A stretch of DNA of 64,000 nucleotides. Source: a virus. The notes beneath the pieces are model-generated. The model did no database searches. It saw nothing but the letters and a program-made list of their open reading frames with translations, and had not been told where the DNA came from. Where the stretch lies: IMG/VR virus record IMGVR_UViG_3300018080_006015, positions 1-64,000 of that record; one strand, 5' to 3'. The position numbers and the translations under genes were made by a program. Each line of letters starts with the position of its first letter. Position 1 is the first letter of the stretch. Positions 10,653 through 19,343 of this stretch are shown piece after piece.

Positions 10653-13625
10653 ATGACGATTCGTAAAGATGTATCCATAATTCAAAACAGATGGCATGAT
10701 GCTCAAAGAGTAGATCGTACCGACATGGATGTAGAACAAGAGAAAAACACCCAAACAGAGGGATCAATTATTCAAAATCATTTTGGTTCTGGTGTATTGT
10801 TAGCTACACGAGAGCAAAGGGTTTTATTTGATTCTGATATGCCTGATGCTGAACAGGCTTCGTTTATTGCTGCTCATACATTTGATGGTCGTGGAATTCA
10901 TGTGCATCAACAACCATCTGATATAAACCTTGGAAATCAAATAGAAATAGAATTATCTGGTTCTAATGTTTTCGGTAGATTAAGTGTTAAAGTTGCTATT
11001 GTTGGTTTGGCTTTTGATGGAACGTTACAGCAAGATAAGTTTTATTTTTATAAGAATGGTTCTCAGGTTACTTCTAAACATTATATTCGTATTTTAGCGA
11101 TGTTTTTCAATGATTTTAAGGGTAATAACCAATGCTCTAGGACGAATGGTGGGCGCATTGTAGTTCGAGAAACAGCGTCATTTCAATTGTCTCGTGATGC
11201 TATTATGGTTGCTCAGGACGTAGAACCTGATTTGTTTTGGCGTGATTTTAAGGTAGCAGATCCTACTGTAGCACCCCCTAACCCGACAGTCATATTGTAT
11301 AATATGATTCAGGAAGCTATCGGATCCGAATATAGTGCAAATTCACTTGATATAACTACAACCGGACGGCAACCGGATCGAGAACTTGTACCTGGTGATG
11401 TTACTTCTCAAATTGGGCAAAAATTCCAAGCCACAACTGATAATATACAAAAGATTACATTATTATTGGGAATTAGAAAAGATGAAAACGCTACAGTTGA
11501 GCATTGGTTTGATTGGACTGGAGATTTGGTTATTAGCATTTATCCATTACAAACTACGGTTCAATGTCCAACGGCGATAGTTCCCGAATTGGCTATAGAT
11601 TTTGATCCCGATAGTGAGCCGTTAGTACAACTCACTTATGATAAAGAGGCGTTAGAAGATATTGGATATGTATTAACTGACGTATTACAACCTGTGGATT
11701 TTGTTTTTAGCGCTACGCAGGTGGGGTCAGGAGATACTAGCGAGGTTGTTCCTGGCAATTTTTACGCCATAACAGTGCGTAGAGCAGGTGCAGCTAATGA
11801 TGGCACGGTATTTATTGGCGTAGGTAATGACAGACTAGATGATGCTAGAACAACCGTATTTAGTGGTGTGTGGGTTGATGTGCCAGAAGAAGACATGTGG
11901 TTTCAAGTATGGACAGATGCGGCCAAAATTGCTGATGGTATGGGATATGATTTTGGAAATGGTATTCAATATTCTAAAACAGTTATAGATCCAGAAACTG
12001 GCGCAACTATTGATAATCAGATTAAGAACAAGTCAATGGCAGATACTGGTGAAAATGTTCTTAATATAGGTGTGTTACAGGCAATTACCGAAGAGAGCTT
12101 AACAATACAAAATGAACGCACTGGAAATGATGTTTTTTCTAGGAAACAATTTGTGCCTTCTTTTAGTTTTGTTGATGACGATGGATTAGCAGAACTTACG
12201 GATGTGTCAGAGCCATTGATTATAGGTTGTATGCGCGACACAAATCCAAAACAAAACCCAGAAATTACAGGAGAGTTGATTTTGCCGGGTCTTGTTAAGG
12301 GTGACACTTTCTGTGTTGTTAATCCGGGGCCCGATTTATTGTCAAATAATTTAATAGGTAGTAAATTATTGCCAAATTATCCATGTACAGAACCATATCG
12401 TATATTTAAGGTTGAATATTGTGTTGATGGTTATGGTGACGTTAATGGTGATGGGTATATTACAGAAGCAGATATAGCAGCAGCTGCGTCTTTAATTGGT
12501 GAGAGCATATATTCTAATTCTACCCAGCAAAAAATTATCGATGGATATTTTACAACATTAGAGGTTTTGCGAGCTGATGTTGACGGTGATGGATATATTA
12601 CAGCTCATGATGTTGATTTAATTACCCAATATGTTAATAAAGCGATAAATTCATTTCCTGTTGGAAGTACGTTTAATCACATGTGCTTTACAGTGCAACA
12701 AAGCGTTGGCCGTTATGATGGCTATTTTGATTGTGATGGGTATGTAAGACTAGATGGTTATTATGGAATTAATATAGTATCACCTGATTCATTAAGCCCA
12801 TATGAGTTAGTATATGATGGGTATTTAATGAGTCCGGTAATTGATATTGATCCTGTATTTTCCGCCGTCCCATTTATGGGGGTTACATACAAGGTTATTC
12901 CACAGCCATTTTGGCAAAAATATTTATTGACGCTTAGTAGTAATTCCAGACTTGTGCCGGCAGCTTTCACGGAGTCTGAATCTGTTACAAAATATTCTTG
13001 CGATAATCCGGCGGACTTTTTATGTGAAGAGAGGCCGAGTGCATTGCCAGTATGCGATCCGGGACGCAATGATTTCTTTGTTCCAGGTCATTTAATTATC
13101 GGTGACGGTCAAATATTAAAGCCCGATGGTAGTTTTCATAAGCAAGATATAGAAATAGGCACAATCATATTACAATTACCAGACAGTCCGTTGGAAGAGG
13201 TGTCATTAAATGTTTTTGAAAAATTTGTAGCTGATAGTAATAATACGGGATTTACTGTTGCTGGATATCCCGCAATGAAATATTCTGATTGCTCTACTGT
13301 ACAGCCAGAAGATTTGTTTTTAAACAAAGTTAAATTCAATGTAGCTATTCAAGCTATGGTTCCGGCCATTGATGGATATGACGACGGATATAGTGATGGA
13401 TATAGTGATGGATATGGTATAATTATTGACGATATTATTGGTGTTTATATGGACCATTCTACTGGAATATTAAAACTTACCGCAAAAGACATGTATGTAG
13501 ATAAGGTTTATAAATCGTTAGTAACAAAGATAGAAATAACTGTATATTTAAAGAAAGCTGGGTGGATTACTGGTAACTTTGTATTAGTTGAGCCAAGTGA
13601 AATAATTGGGCTATTATCAACTTAG
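10653..13625 (+). CDS. Putative virion (baseplate/tail-associated) protein with dockerin-like domain and 12 DGY motifs
   Basis: Located in the baseplate operon. GDVNGDGYITEAD and ADVDGDGYITAHD are paired Ca-binding loops; acidic, beta-rich composition. Confidence 0.65.
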   Translation: MTIRKDVSIIQNRWHDAQRVDRTDMDVEQEKNTQTEGSIIQNHFGSGVLLATREQRVLFDSDMPDAEQASFIAAHTFDGRGIHVHQQPSDINLGNQIEIELSGSNVFGRLSVKVAIVGLAFDGTLQQDKFYFYKNGSQVTSKHYIRILAMFFNDFKGNNQCSRTNGGRIVVRETASFQLSRDAIMVAQDVEPDLFWRDFKVADPTVAPPNPTVILYNMIQEAIGSEYSANSLDITTTGRQPDRELVPGDVTSQIGQKFQATTDNIQKITLLLGIRKDENATVEHWFDWTGDLVISIYPLQTTVQCPTAIVPELAIDFDPDSEPLVQLTYDKEALEDIGYVLTDVLQPVDFVFSATQVGSGDTSEVVPGNFYAITVRRAGAANDGTVFIGVGNDRLDDARTTVFSGVWVDVPEEDMWFQVWTDAAKIADGMGYDFGNGIQYSKTVIDPETGATIDNQIKNKSMADTGENVLNIGVLQAITEESLTIQNERTGNDVFSRKQFVPSFSFVDDDGLAELTDVSEPLIIGCMRDTNPKQNPEITGELILPGLVKGDTFCVVNPGPDLLSNNLIGSKLLPNYPCTEPYRIFKVEYCVDGYGDVNGDGYITEADIAAAASLIGESIYSNSTQQKIIDGYFTTLEVLRADVDGDGYITAHDVDLITQYVNKAINSFPVGSTFNHMCFTVQQSVGRYDGYFDCDGYVRLDGYYGINIVSPDSLSPYELVYDGYLMSPVIDIDPVFSAVPFMGVTYKVIPQPFWQKYLLTLSSNSRLVPAAFTESESVTKYSCDNPADFLCEERPSALPVCDPGRNDFFVPGHLIIGDGQILKPDGSFHKQDIEIGTIILQLPDSPLEEVSLNVFEKFVADSNNTGFTVAGYPAMKYSDCSTVQPEDLFLNKVKFNVAIQAMVPAIDGYDDGYSDGYSDGYGIIIDDIIGVYMDHSTGILKLTAKDMYVDKVYKSLVTKIEITVYLKKAGWITGNFVLVEPSEIIGLLST
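13371..13418 (+). repeat. 12-bp tandem repeat x4 encoding DGYD-DGYS-DGYS-DGYG
   Basis: gatggatatgac gacggatatagt gatggatatagt gatggatatggt. Confidence 0.9.
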
Positions 13626-13644
13626 CGCTGTTATATAATAAAAT

Positions 13645-14073
13645 ATGCAGGTGAAAGAATTTCAAGACTACTTGTATGCATTATATACTTTTTCTGTTGA
13701 TGAGTGTCATGTTGAAGTGTATTATATCGGTCAGTGTTTTTGGGAAAGGCGCGCTGAGCTAACGCCCCGACAAGTCATTGATATTATTAATATTTTGTGG
13801 CCCTCAGATGGTGTAGACATCTTTCAATATGATATTCCGTTATGGCTCACGTATGCAAAGTCATTAAATATTGATGATGTATGTGTTAGGGAAGATTTAT
13901 ATTCGAAGTTGTATCGTTATTCTGAGAGATATGTTATTGAAGAGGCGCAAGAGTTAATAGAACTTGCTGATCAGTTTGGTGATAATAATGTGTGTTTTGA
14001 CCGTTTAAAACAAGCGGTTTATGAGTATAATACTGCTTGTGGCAATTTTAACTCGATTAGAGATAGGAAGTAA
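13645..14073 (+). CDS. Hypothetical protein
   Basis: 142-aa ORF tiling between its neighbours; no recognisable motif. Confidence 0.7.
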   Translation: MQVKEFQDYLYALYTFSVDECHVEVYYIGQCFWERRAELTPRQVIDIINILWPSDGVDIFQYDIPLWLTYAKSLNIDDVCVREDLYSKLYRYSERYVIEEAQELIELADQFGDNNVCFDRLKQAVYEYNTACGNFNSIRDRK

Positions 14074-14075
14074 TT

Positions 14076-14597
14076 ATGAAAAAACTTATATTTGTAATAT
14101 TGTTGGCATTATTTTGTTTTTCGTTTGGTTGTGTAAATACAGAAAATCAAAGTGTTAATGTGCAAAAACAAGAGGCCGAACAAGTTAACTGGTATCAGTT
14201 AAGTGATACGCGATTGTGGCTAGCGAAACAAGAAAAGAAATGTGTATTTATATATTTTCATTATCAAAGTTGTGCTGGGTGTGCCTTGTTTAAACATACC
14301 GTGTTAAAAGATCCGAAAATTGTCAAAAAGATCAACAGTAATTTTATGCCAGTTATGGTGAGTAGTTTGGATTCTAATTTTTCATATGCTGTTAAAAAGT
14401 TTGACGTGCATATTGTTCCAAGGTTTGTTATATTAGACTATACTCATGGTAATGAAATTATGCGGGGCGGTTTTCTTGAGGTGGAGCAATTGTCTGTTGC
14501 ATTAGATCTTGCCGTATTAATTAGTAATCTAATAAACACATCACATACGTTGCAAAATAGCGGTGATTCAGTAATAAATCCATTTGTCAAACCATGA
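14076..14597 (+). CDS. Thioredoxin-fold protein with signal peptide (possible lipoprotein)
   Basis: MKK + hydrophobic stretch + FGC (lipobox-like); CAGC CxxC motif followed by a cis-Pro-like VP motif. Confidence 0.7.
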   Translation: MKKLIFVILLALFCFSFGCVNTENQSVNVQKQEAEQVNWYQLSDTRLWLAKQEKKCVFIYFHYQSCAGCALFKHTVLKDPKIVKKINSNFMPVMVSSLDSNFSYAVKKFDVHIVPRFVILDYTHGNEIMRGGFLEVEQLSVALDLAVLISNLINTSHTLQNSGDSVINPFVKP

Positions 14598-15700
14598 AGA
14601 TAAAGATACAACAATTTTTGTTTGGTGGAACCCTTTTTAGCTGGGCTATTGTTGGCCAAAATATTGGTCGTGCTTTATTAGAAAAGGGTCATGAGGTTCA
14701 TTTTGTTTCTACGGATGGTGTGAATAAAAAATATGTGCCAAAAGATTTAGAGTCACACGTTAAGCCAAGACCGATGTGTCAGTATGATTGTCAGATATCT
14801 TATACGGCTATGCATAATTTTCCGCATTATTTGGCGGCAGGCCCAAGAAACAGGTTTGGAATTTGGAATTATGATGGTACTATTATTCCGCCAAATATGA
14901 TCAAATATCATACAGCATGTACTACTCTATGTCCATCATCTGATTTTTCCAAGGAAATATTCATGAAGAATAACATACCACATAAAAAGATTGTGGTTAT
15001 TCCTCATGGAATAAATCTAAATGATTTTACTGTCAAAAGCAAACATCCATTAAAAACAAAAAAGAAGCGCAAAATATTATTGAATTTTGCAACTCCACAT
15101 TTGCGCAAAAACATAAAAAAGACATTGTTTGCATTTGGTGAGGCCTTTACAAAAGATGACGATGTTTGTTTGGTTATAAAGGTCAGTATACCAAAGAAGA
15201 AAGATAGTGAAAGACGCAAAGGTTTTGATATTAATTTTTTTGAAATACTAAATGACTTTAAAAAGAAGTATAAAAACCACGCGGAAATAGAAGTAATCCG
15301 TGATTTTGTTCCAAGTTTAGTGGAATTATACAACGCTTGCGATATTGTTTTTATGATGAGTCATATGGAAATGTGGTGGTTGCCAGGTACAGAGGCTTTT
15401 GCTGCTGGGAAGTTGGTTGTGGCTAGTAATTATGGTGGTCAGTTACATTATTTAAACGAAAATAATTCATTATTAATTGATGGTAAGGTGGTAAGAATGC
15501 CAAAGCATTATCAATATTGGAATCCAAGCGTATATGCTGAAATGTTTGAACCAAGCGTTGAAGATGGTGCGGCCAAATTAAAACAAGCTGTGGACAATTA
15601 CGACGAATTAATTAAAAAATTCGAGCCAAAGATGCAAGAAGCAGTAAAAGAGTTTACTTGGTCTAATGTGGCTGATAAAATATTGTCTATGGTGAGATAG
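14594..15700 (+). CDS. Glycosyltransferase family 4 (GT-B)
   Basis: GHEV, VIPHGI, RKN, LYNACDI...E.W.LPGTEAFAAGKLVVASNYGG, FTWSNVA. Confidence 0.88.
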   Translation: MKIKIQQFLFGGTLFSWAIVGQNIGRALLEKGHEVHFVSTDGVNKKYVPKDLESHVKPRPMCQYDCQISYTAMHNFPHYLAAGPRNRFGIWNYDGTIIPPNMIKYHTACTTLCPSSDFSKEIFMKNNIPHKKIVVIPHGINLNDFTVKSKHPLKTKKKRKILLNFATPHLRKNIKKTLFAFGEAFTKDDDVCLVIKVSIPKKKDSERRKGFDINFFEILNDFKKKYKNHAEIEVIRDFVPSLVELYNACDIVFMMSHMEMWWLPGTEAFAAGKLVVASNYGGQLHYLNENNSLLIDGKVVRMPKHYQYWNPSVYAEMFEPSVEDGAAKLKQAVDNYDELIKKFEPKMQEAVKEFTWSNVADKILSMVR

Positions 15701-15702
15701 TT

Positions 15703-16452
15703 ATGTCTGATATTGAATTAAGCATTGTAATACCTGTGCACAATAATGCAAATTTTACTAAATCTGCTTTAAAAGATTTGATGAAATTACCTGGAGATCA
15801 CGAAATTATTGTTGTTAATAATGGTAGCGATGATGATACAGAAATGGTTGTTTTAGAGGCTCAAAGCAAATGCACTTGTGATACCCCTCATGTAGGTTAT
15901 ATTAAATTTGAAAAAAATAGGGGATTTGGAGGGGCTAACAACGCTGGGTATATGGAATCCCTTGGAAATAATGTATTATTTCTTAATAATGATATTAGAG
16001 TAAAGAGTAATTATCGGTTATGGACATTTGATCTTATTTCGTATGCTAAAAAGGGTTATATTGTAGGCACTCAAGGCGGTCTTTTGGATGATGAGTTAAA
16101 TTTTGTAACAGAGGGCATGGGTTTGCCTCAGACTAATTTGTGGTATATGAGTGGTTGGTGTATGTGTGGCTCTAAGGAAACGTTTGATAAACTAAAATTA
16201 AATCATTATAGGGACTTTTCTACGGGGAAAATGTGTAATGGTATGTCTTTAGGTCCGTGGAATGAGTTGTTTTTTGCATATTTTGAAGATGATGATTTGT
16301 CTTTTAGGGCAAAAAAACTTGGAATAAAATTTAAAGAGGTCAAGATTCCAGTTCATCATTTTGGTCGAATGACAGGTAGACAATTAGATTTACAAAAAAT
16401 GTATATTGAATCTAGAGAACTATTTAGACAAGAATGGTTGGGAAAGATATGA
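15703..16452 (+). CDS. Glycosyltransferase family 2
   Basis: LSIVIPVHN, IIVVNNGSDD, NRGFGGANN, FLNND, YFEDDDL. Confidence 0.9.
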   Translation: MSDIELSIVIPVHNNANFTKSALKDLMKLPGDHEIIVVNNGSDDDTEMVVLEAQSKCTCDTPHVGYIKFEKNRGFGGANNAGYMESLGNNVLFLNNDIRVKSNYRLWTFDLISYAKKGYIVGTQGGLLDDELNFVTEGMGLPQTNLWYMSGWCMCGSKETFDKLKLNHYRDFSTGKMCNGMSLGPWNELFFAYFEDDDLSFRAKKLGIKFKEVKIPVHHFGRMTGRQLDLQKMYIESRELFRQEWLGKI

Positions 16453-16682
16453 AAAATAACGAAAAAAACCCATTTATTGAAGAAATTAAAACGCTTGTAA
16501 TGATTGGCGGAATACCATGTGTCATTTTTTTGCTTAGCTGGTTGTTTACAAAGGCGTTTTTTTCCACAGATTCTGTTACCGGTTTATATTTTATTGGTTT
16601 TTGTGTGGGCGCTGCAACTCTTTATGCTATTTATTTGGTGATTTGTAGAATGATTGAGATTTATAGGAATATGAAAAGATGA
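16449..16682 (+). CDS. Small membrane protein (two hydrophobic helices)
   Basis: ATGA overlaps at both ends; two long hydrophobic segments. Confidence 0.65.
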   Translation: MKNNEKNPFIEEIKTLVMIGGIPCVIFLLSWLFTKAFFSTDSVTGLYFIGFCVGAATLYAIYLVICRMIEIYRNMKR

Positions 16683-17479
16683 TTAGGGTTTTAACATTAT
16701 CTTGGAATGGATTAGGTTTTTTAAACAAGCTTAGGGATGGATTGTTTCGTAATTTGGATAAAACAGGTTGTCCATATGAGTGGTATATTCGCTCAAATGG
16801 CTGTACTGATGGAACTCCCGACGAGGCGATTCGGTGGGAAAATACAAAAGTTCTGGCAAAAAATCATAATCGAGATAGTTTTTCAAAAGGTGTAAATTCT
16901 TTGTTCGATTTGGCGTCTCCCGATGATTCTGATATCATTTTGCTTTTAAATAATGATATCGAATTTATATCGGATAATAATATAAAAATGATGATATCTT
17001 TATTAAAAGATAATGCCGCTGGTATGATTGGTAGTAAATTATATAATGAAGATAAAACAATTTCACATTATGGCATTGTAATTTCACACAAATATGGTAA
17101 TTTACCATGGAATTTTAAATCTGGACAGAAATCTACAAAATATGATTCTTATGACAGAAAATTTCAAGCTGTGACGGCAGCTTGTTGCGTACTAACATCA
17201 AAAATATTTAAAAAAGTTAATAAGTTAAATGAGGATTATAACTGGTGTTTTGAAGATGTAGATTTGTGTTTAAAAATTTCTATTAATGAAAATATGCCAA
17301 TTTTTTGTTGTGGAAATACAAATATAATACATCAAACATCTGCATCTCTTAAAAAAAATCCGGTTAACAAGTTATTTATGTCACACAATGTAAATGTTTT
17401 TAAAAGAAATTGGGGGAATAAATGTATTATAGACCACCAATTGTATTTAAACAATCCAAAATATGGACTTGCAATATAA
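16679..17479 (+). CDS. Glycosyltransferase family 2
   Basis: NGCTDGT, LLLNNDIE, AVTAAC, FEDVDLCL. Confidence 0.88.
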   Translation: MIRVLTLSWNGLGFLNKLRDGLFRNLDKTGCPYEWYIRSNGCTDGTPDEAIRWENTKVLAKNHNRDSFSKGVNSLFDLASPDDSDIILLLNNDIEFISDNNIKMMISLLKDNAAGMIGSKLYNEDKTISHYGIVISHKYGNLPWNFKSGQKSTKYDSYDRKFQAVTAACCVLTSKIFKKVNKLNEDYNWCFEDVDLCLKISINENMPIFCCGNTNIIHQTSASLKKNPVNKLFMSHNVNVFKRNWGNKCIIDHQLYLNNPKYGLAI

Positions 17480-17608
17480 TATTTATTTTATATTATTTTT
17501 TTCTATATTTATTAGCACAGATTGGACACCAAGTTCCATTTTTTATAGAGTTTGGCGTTGCAGACCAAATCTCCAATAGACATGTAAGAGTGTTGGTATA
17601 AAGTTATA

Positions 17609-18583
17609 ATGAGGTCAAGATTTAGTACTAAATATTTTCCCTTTTCGCCTGGTATTCCTTGGACAATAAAATATTCCAAATATATTGTTCCGGAAGTGCC
17701 AGGATCTATTGTGTTGTCTAATTTAAAAGATAAAAACATCATTGTTGCTGCTTATAGTGGTTTTTTGGAATCATTTTTTTCATTGGTGTTGTGTGAGATG
17801 ATGAATTACATGCTGCCAAGTTCTAAGTTATTATGGGCCGGGGATGACAGGTTTGGCTCATTGATTAAAATTAATGGTTTGGCAAAATTATATAATGGAG
17901 ATGTAGATCAGTCTGTTTTAGATCGTTATCCTGTGCCTTTGTTTTTTGACAAGGAAAATAATGCATATTTTAACTGTTTGAATAATTATATTGATGTAAA
18001 AACTTATTATACGACTCATGGATATTTTGATTCTAGGGCGGCTGTAAAACAAATAATTGAAAAATCTTTATTTGATTGGGATATCAGATACATGCCTAAG
18101 TTGCGTAATTTGTATAGAGATCACAGCAAGTTGCGCTCTAAACTTGACGTGTCTAAAATTTCAGAGGAGCGGCCATTTGTGTTGTTGTTACCAGATACGG
18201 ATTGGTCTGTACATAATGAGGATTGTTTAGGTTGGACCCCCACACAAATAAAGTCATTTGGTGCATTATTGTCTCAAGAAAATATTCCTTTAATTGTTTT
18301 AACAAAAAATCCTTCTAAATATTTTTATAGTTTTGTTACTGTTTTGCCAATGGAGATGGAATTATTATTGTATTTAATAATGAAGGCTAAATATATTTTA
18401 TCAAGTACGATAGATTTCTTATTAGTTGGAGGGGCTATTTCGGATGCAACTATAATTTCCCGTCCAGTTAGTGGGGAATTCAAACTATCTAAAAATATAA
18501 GGTATTTGGAGGGGAAAAATGTTATATATACAATAGAGGAAATTTTTCCAACGAAAGTGTATTCTTATATTTCAGGAAATTAA
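17609..18583 (+). CDS. Hypothetical protein, possibly degenerate GT9-like GT-B fold
   Basis: Spacing of the FVLLLP..W and LIMKAKYILSS segments resembles GT9, but the canonical LGD and DSG motifs are absent. Confidence 0.4.
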   Translation: MRSRFSTKYFPFSPGIPWTIKYSKYIVPEVPGSIVLSNLKDKNIIVAAYSGFLESFFSLVLCEMMNYMLPSSKLLWAGDDRFGSLIKINGLAKLYNGDVDQSVLDRYPVPLFFDKENNAYFNCLNNYIDVKTYYTTHGYFDSRAAVKQIIEKSLFDWDIRYMPKLRNLYRDHSKLRSKLDVSKISEERPFVLLLPDTDWSVHNEDCLGWTPTQIKSFGALLSQENIPLIVLTKNPSKYFYSFVTVLPMEMELLLYLIMKAKYILSSTIDFLLVGGAISDATIISRPVSGEFKLSKNIRYLEGKNVIYTIEEIFPTKVYSYISGN

Positions 18584-18584
18584 T

Positions 18585-19340
18585 ATGATAGACTGCGTAG
18601 ATATAATGATTGTTACACACAATCGTTTAAAACTAACAAAAGATACATTACAATGTATTTTTGATAATACTGAATTTCCATATAATTTAATATTTGTGGA
18701 TAATGGCTCAGAGGATGGAACTACTGATTATTTAAAACAAATATGTCAAGAAAAAATAAAAAAAATATCCCAATTTAATAATTTTACAATTAAGGAAAAC
18801 GAAAAGAACAGAGGAATAGCCATTGGTAGAAATCAAGCTCTTTCTTTATCTACCAGTAATTGGTTAGCAACTTTAGATAATGATGTCTGGGTTCCAAGAG
18901 GGTGGCTGTCAGAATGTGTATCTATACTTAAGGCGAATAAGCAGTATGCATCTATAGGGGTAAATATGGAACCAAAGCCATATCCATTAGTGACATTAAA
19001 TGGGAAAACATTTCAGGATAAGCCACGTGGTAATCTCGGAACTGCTTGTATGGTATTTAACAGATCTTTGCATAAAATGCTTGGATGGTTTAATCATTTG
19101 GACTATGGGACTTATGGAGAGGAAGATGCGGACTGGGGGATGAGAATTCGAGTTATTGGTTTGCGTTTAGGTTATATTAAAGAGCAGGGCAAACATATGG
19201 GGGAAGGAGAGTACGATATTGGCGCTTATCGCGATTTTAAAACAGAATCGCACACGAAAAACCTACCCAAATTTAACGAGAATTGCCGAGCTTATGCTGC
19301 CCGCAAAAAATCATTGTTTATACCCTTTAATGATGAGTAG
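18585..19340 (+). CDS. Glycosyltransferase family 2
   Basis: IVTHNR, FVDNGSEDGT, NRGIAIGRN, LDND, YGEEDADW. Confidence 0.9.
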   Translation: MIDCVDIMIVTHNRLKLTKDTLQCIFDNTEFPYNLIFVDNGSEDGTTDYLKQICQEKIKKISQFNNFTIKENEKNRGIAIGRNQALSLSTSNWLATLDNDVWVPRGWLSECVSILKANKQYASIGVNMEPKPYPLVTLNGKTFQDKPRGNLGTACMVFNRSLHKMLGWFNHLDYGTYGEEDADWGMRIRVIGLRLGYIKEQGKHMGEGEYDIGAYRDFKTESHTKNLPKFNENCRAYAARKKSLFIPFNDE

Positions 19341-19343
19341 ATT

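Noticed and set aside
13371-13418. CRISPR array or DGR template/variable repeat
   Set aside because: These are 12-bp in-frame coding repeats without spacers; no cas or reverse transcriptase gene and no long near-identical repeat pair was seen.
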